DNA of 64,000 bases from an uncultured Subdoligranulum sp. (GCA_964612455.1 CAZTCB010000001.1:43919-107918); one strand, 5' to 3'; positions 1 to 11,370 are shown, counted from the stretch's first letter. Made by a program: numbers and translations. The notes: a model not told the origin generated them from the letters alone.

Positions 1-212
1 ATTATAAAACAATAATGTGGAGTAAAGATACCGTTGATTGGAGAGATAATGATGAAAATATCGTCTATTCGAGAGCAATAAAAAATTTGCAAAACGGCGA
101 TTTGATTTTAATGCATCCTACTGCACATACTTCGGCGGTACTGGAAAAAATAATAAAATCTATTATCAAAAGCGGTTTCAATTTAGTTACCGTAGGAGAA
201 AACATTAGCTAA
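1..212 (+). CDS. polysaccharide deacetylase family protein, C-terminal fragment (5' end outside window)
   Basis: The frame is open to the window edge (TAT AAA ACA ATA precede the ATG at 15). WSKDTVDWRD...LILMHPT resembles the C-terminal part of NodB-type deacetylases. Its position upstream of an M16 peptidase mirrors ylxY-mlpA in Bacillus. Confidence 0.55.
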   Translation, partial: YKTIMWSKDTVDWRDNDENIVYSRAIKNLQNGDLILMHPTAHTSAVLEKIIKSIIKSGFNLVTVGENIS

Positions 213-223
213 AAGGAGAAAGA

Positions 224-1495
224 ATGGAGAGTTTTAAAGAGTATAATAACGGTCTTAAGCTTGTAGTAAAGCAAATGCAAAACGTGGGAAGCGTGGCGAT
301 CGGCATTATTGTGGGTGTTGGAAGTAGTCTTGAAAACAGTAAAAACAACGGTTATTCGCACATGGTTGAACACATGCTGTTTAAGGGAACGCCCACTCGC
401 TCGGCGCGTGATATATCTGAAAAACTCGATGAGTTGGGTGGAAATTTTAATGCATTTACCAGTAAAGAAAGCACGTGTTTTTACGGCAAAGTGTTAAAAG
501 ACAAGGTCAACGATGCGGCAGAATTGCTCAGCGATATTTTTTTTAATGCGGTTTTTTCGCAAGAGGAATTAGATAGAGAGCGTAAAGTTATTATTGAAGA
601 GATATCTATGGATGAGGATATGCCCGAAGACGTTTGCCATGATTTGCTCGCCACTGCGTTTTACGGTCAGCAAACATTAGGCTACAAGGTAATAGGGACG
701 GAGACAAACGTTATTAATGCCCAAAGTAATGATCTTTTGGGGTTTAAAAGAAAATACTATGTGTCAAATAATACGTGCATTTCTTTTGCGGGTGCAATAG
801 ATTTTCATACTGCGGATGAAATAGTAAAAAAGTATTTTATTAATTACTTTGATGAAAACAGGCTCGATTTTAAAATCAGCGATATAAAGCGTTTCGAGCC
901 GTGCGGTAGTTTTGAGTACAAGTTTAAAGAAGCAGAGCAATCGCATGTGGCAATAGGTTTTGAGTCGATATCTACGGACGACGATAGGATTGTGCCTTTT
1001 AAAGTCGGAAATATTGCATTTGGCGGCGGAATGTCAAGCAGATTATTTTTGCAGATACGGGAGCAATACGGATTGGCGTATTCCGTATTTTCGTCGTTAT
1101 CGTCATACGTAAATAACGGTTATTTAGAGTTATATTTGGGCACGTCGCCAAAAAATATCAAAAAGTCGGTTGAGTTGATGCAATCCGAAATAGCAAAGCT
1201 GATAAAAGATGGTTTTGATATGCAAGAAGTAGAACGCGCCAAAACACAATTGAAAACGTCAATAGTTTTCGGTTGTGAAAACCCCTTAACGATGATGATT
1301 TCCTATGGGATGAGATACTTGTACTTCGATAAATCTTTTGCCGTGAACGAATATATCGCTACGATAGACGAGCTTACGACCGCCATGGTGACACAATCCT
1401 TTTTAAGCGCTGTTGATTTTGCGCGCTGTTCGTCTGTTTATGTAGGTAAAAAATGTAGTGACTTTAATGCTCCCGAACAATTTTTGCGAAAATAA
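224..1495 (+). CDS. M16 family zinc peptidase (insulinase-like, MlpA/YmxG type)
   Basis: 423 aa with the inverted zinc motif HMVEH (HxxEH). An AAGGAG RBS lies upstream of the ATG. Confidence 0.85.
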   Translation: MESFKEYNNGLKLVVKQMQNVGSVAIGIIVGVGSSLENSKNNGYSHMVEHMLFKGTPTRSARDISEKLDELGGNFNAFTSKESTCFYGKVLKDKVNDAAELLSDIFFNAVFSQEELDRERKVIIEEISMDEDMPEDVCHDLLATAFYGQQTLGYKVIGTETNVINAQSNDLLGFKRKYYVSNNTCISFAGAIDFHTADEIVKKYFINYFDENRLDFKISDIKRFEPCGSFEYKFKEAEQSHVAIGFESISTDDDRIVPFKVGNIAFGGGMSSRLFLQIREQYGLAYSVFSSLSSYVNNGYLELYLGTSPKNIKKSVELMQSEIAKLIKDGFDMQEVERAKTQLKTSIVFGCENPLTMMISYGMRYLYFDKSFAVNEYIATIDELTTAMVTQSFLSAVDFARCSSVYVGKKCSDFNAPEQFLRK

Positions 1496-1608
1496 AAGTT
1501 GTAAAAATGTCGACAATAAGTTTGCTTTTAATCCGCTCGTATAGTATAATACTATAAATAACGGCGGTTGCCGCTATCGGTACGAAAGAGTTTACGGGAG
1601 GTAGTATA

Positions 1609-4587
1609 ATGGCCCAAAGTAATAAAGATAAAAAAGTTAAAAATTCAAAAAAAATTGTCGGCATTGTTTTAATTATTCTATTTGCATTTATCCTTTTTAG
1701 TTTGATAACCGGCGTTATCAAGCCTTTTTCGAATGTACTTTTCGGTATTTTCGGTATATCCTGTTTTTGTGTTGCCATTCTCGGTATAGTAGTCGGAATA
1801 ATGCTTACTTCCGACAAAAGTATTAATCTGAAAATCGGATATGTTATAAATTTTATAGCGATGTATTTTTTAATTGCTTTGTTGGTGCATGCCATTACGT
1901 CTGCAGTATTTATTGATAGCAGTTCAGGCTTTGCGGATTATATCAACAAGTGCTATGACTTTACTGCTAACGGAGAGGCTTCTGCAATAACTTTCGGAGG
2001 CGTGATTTTAGGTGCTATAATATATCCGATTTATTCAAATTTGACGGCATTAGGTACGTATTTCATTTTGTCCGTTTGTTTAATAGTATCCGTAATTATT
2101 GCAGCGAAATTTTTTATTAAACTAAATTCTGACGAAAGAAGCTCTTTATTTGTTGATAGGAATGTGAAGAAACATCGCACTAAGCGCGTTGAAGAAGATT
2201 CAATCGATGAAAATATCGGGGATGACGAGGAGGTAGTCATACCTATCGAAGAGTCGCGCGAAAACGGTGATTTAAGCGGAGCTGATATAGATGTTGACGG
2301 AGACAATACGGATAAAAACGATTTCCGCTCGGCATGGGCTGCGCTATACGGCGATAACGTAAATAATACAAAGAATGAACAATCTGATGAATTGCAAAAA
2401 AACGATGAGGTTTATACCCAAAAGCCGATTTTTGATACTGCTCCCGTAACTTATCCTAATAATAACGAAAGTCAGGCACGTTACCCGTCGGCATCCGAAG
2501 CGGCGATAAAAATTCGCCCGAATCGTGCCGCCGTTAATCCTACGCCGATTTTAAATGCCGAGTATTATGCTCATAAAAATAAAAACGACGAAATAGTGAA
2601 ACGCGATGTCGACTACGTTACCGAAGAGCACGTATCTACCGATAGCGACGTTAGTAATCTCCCTGATGACGACGTGATAATGGAGATCGATACGTCCGGA
2701 ATCAATAATGATTTGCAAAGTAACACAATCAAACGTTCCTCTGAAAAGCAATTTTTGGACGTTGCACCGCATGTCGAAATTATTGACGAAACGGACAAGG
2801 AGTTTACTGAATTCGGCACAAAAATAGAGCAAAAACAAACGCCGAATGGAAGCAGGGTATATGGCGATCAATCCCGCATCGTAAGCTCTGTGGAAGATTT
2901 TAAAACGATGCGTTCAGCAGAGCAGACTGCAAAACAACAGACTGTCGTTGTCGAGAATGTCGAGCCTCATGTGACGTACGAAGAGTTTCTTGATAATAAT
3001 TTCTCAAAAAACGTCGACGATAATTCCGAAATAAAGCAACCGTCGTCAACTAAAAATGTAGTTGATAAAGCTTACGGCGGTAACACGTCGACAGGGGAAA
3101 CTACAGATAATGCAAACGAACTTATAGCTTATAAGCCGTATGTGGCACCGAGTATTAATTTGCTTAACGATACGAAAATGCAGATAAGTGTTTCGCAAGA
3201 AGAACGAGAACGCAACATTAATATGTTAGAGGAAACGTTAAGTCAATACAGGATAAATGCAAAAGTTAGAAATGTCGTTATCGGTCCTACCGTCACAAGG
3301 TACGAGCTTGAGCTCGGCACGGGAGAAAAAGTAAAACAACTTCAGCAACTTACCAATGAAATTGGTCTCGGGTTGAAGAAAAGCGACGTTATAATAGTGC
3401 CGCACATTCCCGGAAAGAGTTTTGTGGGAATCGAGGTTTCAAACGAAAAACCAACCACGGTGCCTTTGAGAGTGATAATTGATTCGCCGGAATTCAAGAA
3501 TGCAAAAGGCGATTTGTGCATGGCTATAGGTATAGATTTGGCAGGCGAAAAAGATATTGAAGACTTGGCAAGTATGCCTCACTTGTTGGTCGCAGGCAGT
3601 AGTGGTAGCGGTAAATCCGTAGTCATCAATGCAATGATTATAAGTATGCTTTTCAAGTATTCGCCCGAGGAACTGAGATTTATTTTCGTTGATCCTAAAC
3701 GCGTTGAGCTTAAGCCTTACGAAGGTCTGCCTCACCTGCTGATGAAAAACATTATCGTAGAGCCCGACAACGCAGTGACTGCATTAAATTGGCTTAACGA
3801 GGAAATGGATAGACGTTATAAGATTTTTGACGAAAAAGGCGTGCGTGATTTGGCGGATTACAACAAAAGAATCGATCCCAAACATGAGCAAAAAATGTAC
3901 CGTATCGTGTTGATTGTCGATGAATTTGCCGACCTCATGAGCGACACCTACAAGAAAGAGGTTGAGTCGTCGGTCAACCGCTTGGCGCGTTTGGCACGTG
4001 CAGCAGGTATTCATTTAATTCTTGCAACACAAAGACCGAGTGTCGCAGTGTTGAGCGGCGACATTAAAAATAACTTTAGTTGTCGAATGGCTCTCAAAGT
4101 AGCGTCTGCCGTAGATGCTAAAACTATTCTCGGAACGGGTGGACCTGAAAAACTATTGGGGAAAGGCGATATGATGCTCAAGACTAATTCACCCGAGCCG
4201 CTCAGGTTGCAAGGAGCATTTGTTTCAGGTACGGAAATATCAGATATAGTCATGTATATAAAGAATAACAATGACGCGTATTTCTTTGACGATATCGAAA
4301 AACGCATCTTCACCAAAAAAGGCGTACCGGAGAACGGAGCTTTAAACTGCGGTGTTGAAAATCAAGTTGATGCAGAGTTTTTACCTACTTTAAAATTCTG
4401 CATAGAGAGAGGAGAGGCGTCGATAAGCAGTATTCAGGCAAGATTCAGACTCGGATGGCCTAAGGCATGTCGAATAATGCAGGAACTCGAAGCTCAAGGT
4501 TACGTTGCCCCTGCATCAGGTACTAAAGCTCGGACTGTTCTTATGACAATGGAGCAATTTAAAGAAAAATTTGGAGATAACGTATGA
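1609..4587 (+). CDS. ftsK: DNA translocase FtsK/SpoIIIE
   Basis: 992 aa. It has N-terminal TM helices, a long acidic low-complexity linker, a motor domain with Walker A (GSSGSGKSV) and a C-terminal winged-helix gamma domain. Confidence 0.9.
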   Translation: MAQSNKDKKVKNSKKIVGIVLIILFAFILFSLITGVIKPFSNVLFGIFGISCFCVAILGIVVGIMLTSDKSINLKIGYVINFIAMYFLIALLVHAITSAVFIDSSSGFADYINKCYDFTANGEASAITFGGVILGAIIYPIYSNLTALGTYFILSVCLIVSVIIAAKFFIKLNSDERSSLFVDRNVKKHRTKRVEEDSIDENIGDDEEVVIPIEESRENGDLSGADIDVDGDNTDKNDFRSAWAALYGDNVNNTKNEQSDELQKNDEVYTQKPIFDTAPVTYPNNNESQARYPSASEAAIKIRPNRAAVNPTPILNAEYYAHKNKNDEIVKRDVDYVTEEHVSTDSDVSNLPDDDVIMEIDTSGINNDLQSNTIKRSSEKQFLDVAPHVEIIDETDKEFTEFGTKIEQKQTPNGSRVYGDQSRIVSSVEDFKTMRSAEQTAKQQTVVVENVEPHVTYEEFLDNNFSKNVDDNSEIKQPSSTKNVVDKAYGGNTSTGETTDNANELIAYKPYVAPSINLLNDTKMQISVSQEERERNINMLEETLSQYRINAKVRNVVIGPTVTRYELELGTGEKVKQLQQLTNEIGLGLKKSDVIIVPHIPGKSFVGIEVSNEKPTTVPLRVIIDSPEFKNAKGDLCMAIGIDLAGEKDIEDLASMPHLLVAGSSGSGKSVVINAMIISMLFKYSPEELRFIFVDPKRVELKPYEGLPHLLMKNIIVEPDNAVTALNWLNEEMDRRYKIFDEKGVRDLADYNKRIDPKHEQKMYRIVLIVDEFADLMSDTYKKEVESSVNRLARLARAAGIHLILATQRPSVAVLSGDIKNNFSCRMALKVASAVDAKTILGTGGPEKLLGKGDMMLKTNSPEPLRLQGAFVSGTEISDIVMYIKNNNDAYFFDDIEKRIFTKKGVPENGALNCGVENQVDAEFLPTLKFCIERGEASISSIQARFRLGWPKACRIMQELEAQGYVAPASGTKARTVLMTMEQFKEKFGDNV

Positions 4588-5936
4588 AAAAACTCGGTTT
4601 AATATCGTTGGGCTGCGACAAAAATAGAGTTGACAGTGAAATTTTGTTGGCTGTAGCTAAATGTCATGGGTTCGATATAGTAACAGACCCTATGTCTGCC
4701 GACGTATTGGTTGTCAATACTTGTGCGTTTATAGAGTCCGCGCGCCAAGAGGCGATAGAGGCAATTTTTGATTTAGTTAACGTTAAAAATGCAACCGGAG
4801 CCAAGATTGTCGTTACGGGATGTTTGGTTCAACGTTATTCTCAGCAGATTTATGATGAAATCCCCGAAATCGATGCTGTTATCGGTGCCGATCGTTACTC
4901 GTCTTTTGGCGAGATTCTTACCGATTTGTTTAATACCGATAATAGGTTGTTGTCGGTAAGAAATGATTTGACAACCATAGAGCAGGGAATGCGCATATTG
5001 ACAACGCCGCAACATTATGCTTATTTAAGAATAGCGGACGGTTGTAACAACTTTTGTACTTATTGCTCAATTCCGTATATTCGCGGAAGATATCGCTCGA
5101 GAAGTTTAAACGATATCCTCGATGAGGCACGTCAGCTCGTAAAAGAAGGTACTAAAGAATTAATTTTAGTGGCGCAAGATCTTACCGATTATGGAATTGA
5201 TTTGTTCGGAAAACGCAGTCTTGTGTCGTTATTAAACGAGCTATGTCGCATAGACGACTTGGATACAATAAGGCTTTTGTATTGTTATCCCGAACATGTA
5301 GACGACGAGTTGATAGCTTGTATAGCCGATAATCCGAAAATAGCAAAGTACATTGATTTGCCCCTGCAACATGTAAGCGACCGTATTCTGAAAAAAATGA
5401 ATCGCAAAACTACTAAACGTGAGATAGTAGATACGATAAAAAAATTAAAAGAAAATATTTACGGCATAGCAATACGTTCGACGTTCATTTGCGGCTTTCC
5501 CGGCGAAACAGAAAGCGAGGTTGATGAAGTTGTTGAATTTTTGGAAGAACAAAAACTTAATAACGTTGGTTTTTTTGAGTACTGCCGCGAAGAAGGTACA
5601 CCGGCAGCAAATTATCCCGAACAGATATCGGACAAAGACAAGCATGCCAGATTGATTAAACTCGCAACTACTCAAAGCAATATAGTTTATGCACGCAATA
5701 TTTACCATGTCGGCAACCATGAAAAAGTAGTATTGGATAGACTTGTTTCTTTTGATGAGAAAAGCGGTAAATATACATATATAGGACGTACAAGAGACAT
5801 GGCGCCGATGATTGACGGCGTGGTTTACGTTTATAGCAAGCAGGAGCTATGTGTCGGTAAAAACTACAAGGTTTTAATCACAAGCTTTACGAATTACGAT
5901 TTAATCGGAGAAATCGAAGATGAATTTACCAAATAG
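4584..5936 (+). CDS. rimO: ribosomal protein S12 methylthiotransferase RimO
   Basis: N-terminal SLGCDKNRVDSE, radical-SAM motif CNNFCTYC and a C-terminal TRAM-like region. The start overlaps the ftsK stop by 4 nt. Confidence 0.85.
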   Translation: MKKLGLISLGCDKNRVDSEILLAVAKCHGFDIVTDPMSADVLVVNTCAFIESARQEAIEAIFDLVNVKNATGAKIVVTGCLVQRYSQQIYDEIPEIDAVIGADRYSSFGEILTDLFNTDNRLLSVRNDLTTIEQGMRILTTPQHYAYLRIADGCNNFCTYCSIPYIRGRYRSRSLNDILDEARQLVKEGTKELILVAQDLTDYGIDLFGKRSLVSLLNELCRIDDLDTIRLLYCYPEHVDDELIACIADNPKIAKYIDLPLQHVSDRILKKMNRKTTKREIVDTIKKLKENIYGIAIRSTFICGFPGETESEVDEVVEFLEEQKLNNVGFFEYCREEGTPAANYPEQISDKDKHARLIKLATTQSNIVYARNIYHVGNHEKVVLDRLVSFDEKSGKYTYIGRTRDMAPMIDGVVYVYSKQELCVGKNYKVLITSFTNYDLIGEIEDEFTK

Positions 5937-6528
5937 ACTTTCGATGTTAAGAATTATTTTAGTGCCCGTTATGGCTGTGTGTTTTTTGTTACGCGCGGTT
6001 GCATGGTGGACTGTAATAGTTGCTATCGGTTTATTTTTACTTGCGGTGTTTACGGATTTTCTTGACGGATATATAGCAAGAAAAACAAATCAGGTTACCG
6101 ACCTTGGCAAACTCTTAGATCCTACGGCAGATAAAATGTTGGTTTGTTTTTCCTTATTTTTACTCACGGAAGCTCAAGTTTTTTCACAGGGGTTTATTCC
6201 AAACGGTGTCGGTGGTTTTTGTTGTGCAATTATTATATGTCGGGAGCTTTTGATTGGCATCATAAGGCAAATTGCTGCAACAAAAGGTGTTGTACTTGCA
6301 GCAAATATGTGGGGAAAAGTAAAGGCGACTTTTCAGTATATCTCTATTCCGATACTGATGTTGCTTGTACCAAGAGAGCAAATCACTTTGGTGAGTGAGG
6401 GTTTGTATGGTGCGATTTATTGTGTAGGCATGGGGTTATTTGGTATAGCAACGATTCTTACGATAATTTCTGCCGTTGTTTATATAGTCCAGAATAAAAG
6501 TGTTTTCGGGGCAAGAAAAAATGATTAA
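5920..6528 (+). CDS. pgsA: CDP-diacylglycerol--glycerol-3-phosphate 3-phosphatidyltransferase
   Basis: NLPNRLSMLRI start and the CDP-alcohol phosphatidyltransferase motif DFLDGYIARK...GKLLDPTADK. Conserved pgsA-cinA-recA synteny. Confidence 0.9.
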   Translation: MNLPNRLSMLRIILVPVMAVCFLLRAVAWWTVIVAIGLFLLAVFTDFLDGYIARKTNQVTDLGKLLDPTADKMLVCFSLFLLTEAQVFSQGFIPNGVGGFCCAIIICRELLIGIIRQIAATKGVVLAANMWGKVKATFQYISIPILMLLVPREQITLVSEGLYGAIYCVGMGLFGIATILTIISAVVYIVQNKSVFGARKND

Positions 6529-7669
6529 GGTCGTATTTTTTAATGACGACGCACCCGTTAAGACAATTGAGAAATGGATTAAAACAACGGACAAGTCGTA
6601 TTTAGTTGAGAAAATAGATAAAGAGCTATATACCGACAACTTTTTTGTTGCAGATATGGCTAAGTATGATTTGATTATCATTACAAGAGATTGTAGTGCA
6701 TTAAAAAACATACTGAAAAACGAGTATCGGCTTAAATTTGAAGTTAACAATGCGGCTAAACGAGATTTGCTAAATACGATTAACAAGCGATTTGTCGGAT
6801 TTGATGAATATTTATTACCTAAAGATTTTGAGTTACTGACCGAAGATGCTGCTAACGTTTCTTTTGGGGGTAAAGTCGGAGAACGCTTTTTGGCGGTTTT
6901 AAACGAAAGAGAGACAAATATCGATTTCTGCTTGAAAAAGATTAAAGATATAGGTTTAGTTGCCGATAGGCGTTATTTGTGTTTTAAGATGTTTGGCGTT
7001 GACGAGCTTGCAAGTAAAGTTAATTCGTATATGTCGGAACTCGATTGTGAGGAAGTCGAATGGCGGGTTTTTTACGAATTCGGAGATTTGGCACTATACG
7101 TTTATTTTACTGACGACGCAAATGCCGCTACGATAAAAAATATAGAGCATGCCGTTTATCTCAGGTTCGGAGAAGAGATTTACGCTGATTTTGATGCGGA
7201 AATGCAGGAAGTATTGGTGTATTTGGCGTCAATTTCGGGCATTAAAATTTCAACTGCAGAGTCGTTGACGGGTGGATTGGTGGCGGATAAGATTATTTCT
7301 GTTCCCAGCGCAAGTAAGGTAATAGACGTTAGTTTGGTAACTTATGCAAATTTTGCGAAACAAACTTTTTTAGACGTCAATCCGGAGCTTATCAAAATAG
7401 ATGGAGTTGTATCTAAAGGCGTTGCAGAACAAATGGCTGAAGGTTTGGTAAAAAAATACGGATGCGATTTAGGAATATCTACTACCGGTATTGCCGGACC
7501 CACGGGACAAACTCCGAATAAACCGATAGGGTTGGTATATATAGGCATCGCAAGTGTTGCTACTTCTGTCGTAGAAAAATACATATTCGAGGGCAATCGC
7601 GATAGTATAAGGCAACTGTCGGCAAATGCGGCTATATTTAATGCAATAAAATTTATAAATAAATTATGA
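6500..7669 (+). CDS. cinA: CinA family protein (C-terminal PncC-type nicotinamide-nucleotide amidohydrolase domain, divergent N-terminal half)
   Basis: The C-terminal 160 aa carry [14 protein letters not shown]...[10 protein letters not shown], typical of CinA/PncC. It lies between pgsA and recA. The true start may be the MIKVVFF methionine at 6521. Confidence 0.75.
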   Translation: MFSGQEKMIKVVFFNDDAPVKTIEKWIKTTDKSYLVEKIDKELYTDNFFVADMAKYDLIIITRDCSALKNILKNEYRLKFEVNNAAKRDLLNTINKRFVGFDEYLLPKDFELLTEDAANVSFGGKVGERFLAVLNERETNIDFCLKKIKDIGLVADRRYLCFKMFGVDELASKVNSYMSELDCEEVEWRVFYEFGDLALYVYFTDDANAATIKNIEHAVYLRFGEEIYADFDAEMQEVLVYLASISGIKISTAESLTGGLVADKIISVPSASKVIDVSLVTYANFAKQTFLDVNPELIKIDGVVSKGVAEQMAEGLVKKYGCDLGISTTGIAGPTGQTPNKPIGLVYIGIASVATSVVEKYIFEGNRDSIRQLSANAAIFNAIKFINKL

Positions 7670-7688
7670 GTTTTCAAAGGAGAACGTT

Positions 7689-8732
7689 ATGGCAGAGAAA
7701 ATAATTAAAGAAATTAAAGATGAGAGGACAAAAAACTTAGAACAAGCATTATTGCAAATTGAGAAAGCTTATGGCAAAGGGGCTATTATGAAACTTGGAG
7801 AAGATGCCTCTACTCAAAACATTGACGTTGTTTCAACAGGATGTCTTACGCTTGATTTGGCATTGGGGGTAGGAGGTATTCCCAAGGGAAGAATAATAGA
7901 AATATACGGTCCCGAATCTTCAGGCAAAACAACGGTTTCTTTGCATGTTATAGCAGAAACGCAAAAGAAAGGCGGAACGGCTGCCTTTATAGATGCAGAG
8001 CATGCTCTCGATCCTGTGTACGCTTCTGCATTAGGAGTAGATCTCGATAATTTATTGGTCAGCCAACCCGATAACGGCGAACAAGCTTTGGATATTGCAA
8101 AATATCTTGTTAGCAGCGGCGCAGTAGATCTTATCGTCGTCGACTCGGTTGCGGCATTAACACCGAAAGCAGAAATTGAGGGCGAAATGGGAGATTCTCA
8201 TATGGGTTTACATGCTCGCCTGATGTCTCAAGCCTTGAGAATGTTGGCGGGAATATGTAATAAAACCAACTGCAGTATTATTTTTATCAACCAATTAAGG
8301 GATAAAATAGGGGTAATGTTTGGCAATCCCGAAACAACTACCGGGGGTAAGGCATTAAAATTTTATGCAAGTATCAGACTGGACGTTCGGAAAGTTGATC
8401 AAATTAAAGACGGCGCGGAGATTGTTGGCAATAGGACTAAGGTTAAAGTGGTTAAAAACAAACTTGCCCCACCGTTTAAAACTGCAGAATTTGACATAAT
8501 GTACGGAAAAGGGATAAGTGCATCAGGATGCATCTTTGACCTCGCAATAGAGTATGGTTTCATCCAAAAAAGCGGTACTTGGTTTAGCATGAACGATGAA
8601 AAAATCGGTCAGGGTAGAGAAAATGCTCGTAGATATTTGGAAAGCCATTCTGATATACTTGAAGAGCTCGAGCAAAAAATCAGGGCTGAAGTAAAAAGAA
8701 TTGCGGCGGAAAAAGCAAAAAGCGAAAAATAG
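7689..8732 (+). CDS. recA: recombinase RecA
   Basis: 347 aa with GPESSGKTT Walker A and canonical RecA sequence throughout. AAGGAG RBS. Confidence 0.98.
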   Translation: MAEKIIKEIKDERTKNLEQALLQIEKAYGKGAIMKLGEDASTQNIDVVSTGCLTLDLALGVGGIPKGRIIEIYGPESSGKTTVSLHVIAETQKKGGTAAFIDAEHALDPVYASALGVDLDNLLVSQPDNGEQALDIAKYLVSSGAVDLIVVDSVAALTPKAEIEGEMGDSHMGLHARLMSQALRMLAGICNKTNCSIIFINQLRDKIGVMFGNPETTTGGKALKFYASIRLDVRKVDQIKDGAEIVGNRTKVKVVKNKLAPPFKTAEFDIMYGKGISASGCIFDLAIEYGFIQKSGTWFSMNDEKIGQGRENARRYLESHSDILEELEQKIRAEVKRIAAEKAKSEK

Positions 8733-8754
8733 AATTTAATAAAAGAAACCCCGG

Positions 8755-8789
8755 TTAAGTCAGCTTATCATTATAATAAGCTGACTTAA
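8755..8789 (+). terminator. perfect 14-bp hairpin downstream of recA (probable terminator)
   Basis: TTAAGTCAGCTTAT-cattat-AATAAGCTGACTTAA. No clean U-run follows, so terminator function is inferred from position only. Confidence 0.5.
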
Positions 8790-8881
8790 ATACTATTTAT
8801 AAAATAATAGTTTAAGTTGAGCAAAATCAACAAGTATTTGCAAAAAATTAAAAACCGTACTTAAAAAAGATAAAAATCATC

Positions 8882-8910
8882 TTGACAATTTTACATTTAA
8901 GAGTTATCAT
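8882..8910 (+). promoter_or_regulatory. sigma-A type promoter for rny
   Basis: TTGACA, 17-nt spacer, TATCAT, about 50 nt upstream of the rny start. Confidence 0.55.
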
Positions 8911-8959
8911 ATAAGGGTATGAGCAACATACGTTCATTTATTATTAGGAGGAATTTAAA

Positions 8960-10540
8960 ATGATGAACTATTTAAATTTCTTCTTTAGTCAAGCGAGTTC
9001 GCCTTCCGGTAACCTTTGGTGGTTGATATTTGTCGGTTTAATTATCGGCACTGCTATTGGTTATCTTGTAGAAAAAATCATTTCGACAAAAAAAATCGGC
9101 AAAGCAAAAGACGTTGCCGCCGAAATTATCGATGATGCGAAAAATCAAGCAAAATCAATCAAGAAAGAAGCTCTCCTTGAAGCTAAAGAAGAAGTACTGA
9201 AACTAAAAACAGAATTTGAAACAGAACAAAAAGAGCGTCGCTCGGAGATGTCGAGACAAGAAAATCGTCTTTCGCAGAAAGAAGATACTCTGTCCAAAAA
9301 AATCGATGCTTTAGACGCTCAACAGAAAGCTTTGTCGGCACAACAATCTGATTTGGCAAAAAAACAGGCAGAAGCCGAAAAGTTTTCCGACAGAATGACC
9401 AAGGAGTTAGAGAGAGTCGCCGGGTTAACTCGCGAAGAGGCTAAAAAGTCCCTCGTGGAGATGATGGAAGATGAAGCCAAGCACGAGGCGGCGTTTATCG
9501 TAAAAAAGATAGAACAAGAAGCAAAATTTAACGGCGAAAAGAAAGCGCGCGAAATCATTAGTTCTTGTATTCAACGTTGTGCTGCAGATCAAGTGTCGGA
9601 AAGCACCGTAACCGCTATTGCTTTGCCTAACGACGACATGAAAGGACGGCTCATAGGTAGAGAAGGACGCAATATAAGAGCCATCGAAACAGCGACCGGT
9701 GTCGATCTTATTATAGACGATACTCCTGAGGTTGTTATCTTGAGCGGTTTCGATCCCGTCAGACGCCACGTGGCTAAGATTTCTATTGAAAAACTTATTG
9801 CTGACGGTCGTATTCATCCTGCTCGCATTGAAGAGATAGTGGCAAAAGTACGCAAAGATATTGAAATTTCGATAAAAGAAGCAGGTGAAGCGGCAAGTTT
9901 CGATACGGGCGTATTTAACCTTCATCCCGAGCTTATTACATTACTCGGTAGGTTAAAGTTCCGTACGAGCTATGGTCAAAACGTGCTCAATCATTCTATT
10001 GAAGTTTCGTATATTGCGGGAATGATGGCAAGCGAGCTCGGTTGTGACGTAGCGTTGGCGAAACGAGCAGGTCTATTGCATGACATCGGTAAAGCTGTCG
10101 ACCAAGAGGTTGAAGGTACTCATATCGAAATCGGTGCCGAAATTGCCAAAAAATACAAGGAGAGCGCTGACGTTGTCAATGCAATCATGGCTCACCACGG
10201 CGATGTAGAGCCTAAAACTATTGAAGCAGTGTTGGTAGCAGCCGCGGATGCGGTTAGCGGAGCGCGACCGGGCGCAAGACGTGAAACGATAGAAAATTAC
10301 GTAAAGCGCCTTGAGAAACTTGAAGAAATAGGTAATAGCTTTAACGGAGTACAAAAGACTTTCGCTATTCAAGCCGGCAGAGAAATTAGGGTTATGGTCA
10401 AGCCTGAAGTTATTTCGGATGCAGATGCACTCATTCTTGCTCGTGATATCGCAAAGAAAATCGAAAGCGAAATGGAGTATCCCGGTCAAATAAAAGTAAA
10501 CGTCATAAGAGAAACGCGTAGCGTAGAATTTGCAAAATAA
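8960..10540 (+). CDS. rny: ribonuclease Y
   Basis: N-terminal TM helix, coiled coil, KH domain ([13 protein letters not shown]) and HD domain (LLHDIGKA). Confidence 0.95.
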   Translation: MMNYLNFFFSQASSPSGNLWWLIFVGLIIGTAIGYLVEKIISTKKIGKAKDVAAEIIDDAKNQAKSIKKEALLEAKEEVLKLKTEFETEQKERRSEMSRQENRLSQKEDTLSKKIDALDAQQKALSAQQSDLAKKQAEAEKFSDRMTKELERVAGLTREEAKKSLVEMMEDEAKHEAAFIVKKIEQEAKFNGEKKAREIISSCIQRCAADQVSESTVTAIALPNDDMKGRLIGREGRNIRAIETATGVDLIIDDTPEVVILSGFDPVRRHVAKISIEKLIADGRIHPARIEEIVAKVRKDIEISIKEAGEAASFDTGVFNLHPELITLLGRLKFRTSYGQNVLNHSIEVSYIAGMMASELGCDVALAKRAGLLHDIGKAVDQEVEGTHIEIGAEIAKKYKESADVVNAIMAHHGDVEPKTIEAVLVAAADAVSGARPGARRETIENYVKRLEKLEEIGNSFNGVQKTFAIQAGREIRVMVKPEVISDADALILARDIAKKIESEMEYPGQIKVNVIRETRSVEFAK

Positions 10541-10589
10541 CGTAAAAGTTTTAAAGTATAGTTTTATTTGATGACAACAGAATTTAATA

Positions 10590-10630
10590 AAGAACCCCGA
10601 CTTAGTAAAAAGTCCGGGTTCTTTATTATT
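10590..10630 (+). terminator. rho-independent terminator after rny
   Basis: Stem AAGAACCCCGACTT / AAGTCCGGGTTCTT followed by a T-rich tract. Confidence 0.6.
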
Positions 10631-10701
10631 TGTACTACGATTAAAAACTTTTAATACGAAATCGTTAAATAAAGATTTTTTTGCTTTATTCGATTAATCA
10701 T

Positions 10702-10730
10702 TTGACTAAAAACTTAATATGTGTTAAAAT
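10702..10730 (+). promoter_or_regulatory. promoter of tRNA-Trp
   Basis: TTGACT, 17 nt, TAAAAT with an upstream TG (extended -10). It ends 12 nt before the tRNA 5' end. Confidence 0.6.
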
Positions 10731-10742
10731 GATTGGCGTTGT

Positions 10743-10817
10743 AGGGGAGTGGCTCAACGGTAGAGCAGCGGTCTCCAAAACCGCCGGTTGCGTGTTCGAA
10801 TCGCGTCTCCCCTGCCA
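10743..10817 (+). tRNA. trnW: tRNA-Trp (anticodon CCA)
   Basis: Acceptor stem AGGGGAG/CTCCCCT, anticodon loop CUCCAAA, T-loop GTTCGAATC and an encoded CCA end. Confidence 0.9.
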
Positions 10818-10827
10818 GTTGTAATAA

Positions 10828-10857
10828 AAATCCGCAAGCTTGCTTTGCGGATTTTTT
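10828..10857 (+). terminator. rho-independent terminator after tRNA-Trp
   Basis: TCCGCAA...TTGCGGA stem followed by TTTTTT. Confidence 0.7.
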
Positions 10858-10879
10858 AGGATAGTGAGCGAATTAATAA

Positions 10880-11332
10880 ATGAAAAAGGTAGATATTTAT
10901 ACGGACGGTGCCTGTTCCGGCAATCCGGGAGTGGGCGGTTGGGCAGCAGTGTTAGTATTTAACGGAGTAAAAAAAGAGATTTCCGGATACGATAAACAAA
11001 CGACTAACAACAGAATGGAAATGTTTGCCGTAATAATGGGATTAAGGGCATTAAAAGAACCATGCGACGTAACCGTCACTACTGATTCCGCATATGTAGC
11101 AGACGCATTCAATAAAGGCTGGATCCAATCTTGGCAAAAAAATAATTGGAAAACAGCCAATAAAGAAGAGGTAAAAAACGTTGATTTATGGCGGGCATTA
11201 CTATTTGAGTTAAAGCGTCACAAAGTGAGTTTCGTTAGGGTAAAGGGACACGCCGATAATGAGTTGAACAATCGATGCGATTTTTTAGCAACGTCGGCAG
11301 TATCTGAGTTTTTAAAATTGGTTAGTGATTAG
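10880..11332 (+). CDS. rnhA: ribonuclease HI
   Basis: 150 aa starting MKKVDIYTDGACSGNPGVGGWAAVL, with the catalytic DEDD pattern of RNase H1. Confidence 0.9.
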   Translation: MKKVDIYTDGACSGNPGVGGWAAVLVFNGVKKEISGYDKQTTNNRMEMFAVIMGLRALKEPCDVTVTTDSAYVADAFNKGWIQSWQKNNWKTANKEEVKNVDLWRALLFELKRHKVSFVRVKGHADNELNNRCDFLATSAVSEFLKLVSD

Positions 11333-11370
11333 TTTTAACAGATAAAAATTAATAAAGAAAGGCATAAAAT

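Noticed and set aside
4584-5936. Two radical-SAM methylthiotransferases in one window (4584..5936 and 22814..24142) as a possible recent duplication.
   Set aside because: Their N-terminal signatures differ in the expected way: SLGCDKNRVDSE for RimO versus TYGCQMNIHESE for MiaB. Each sits in its usual conserved context, so they are distinct paralogues.
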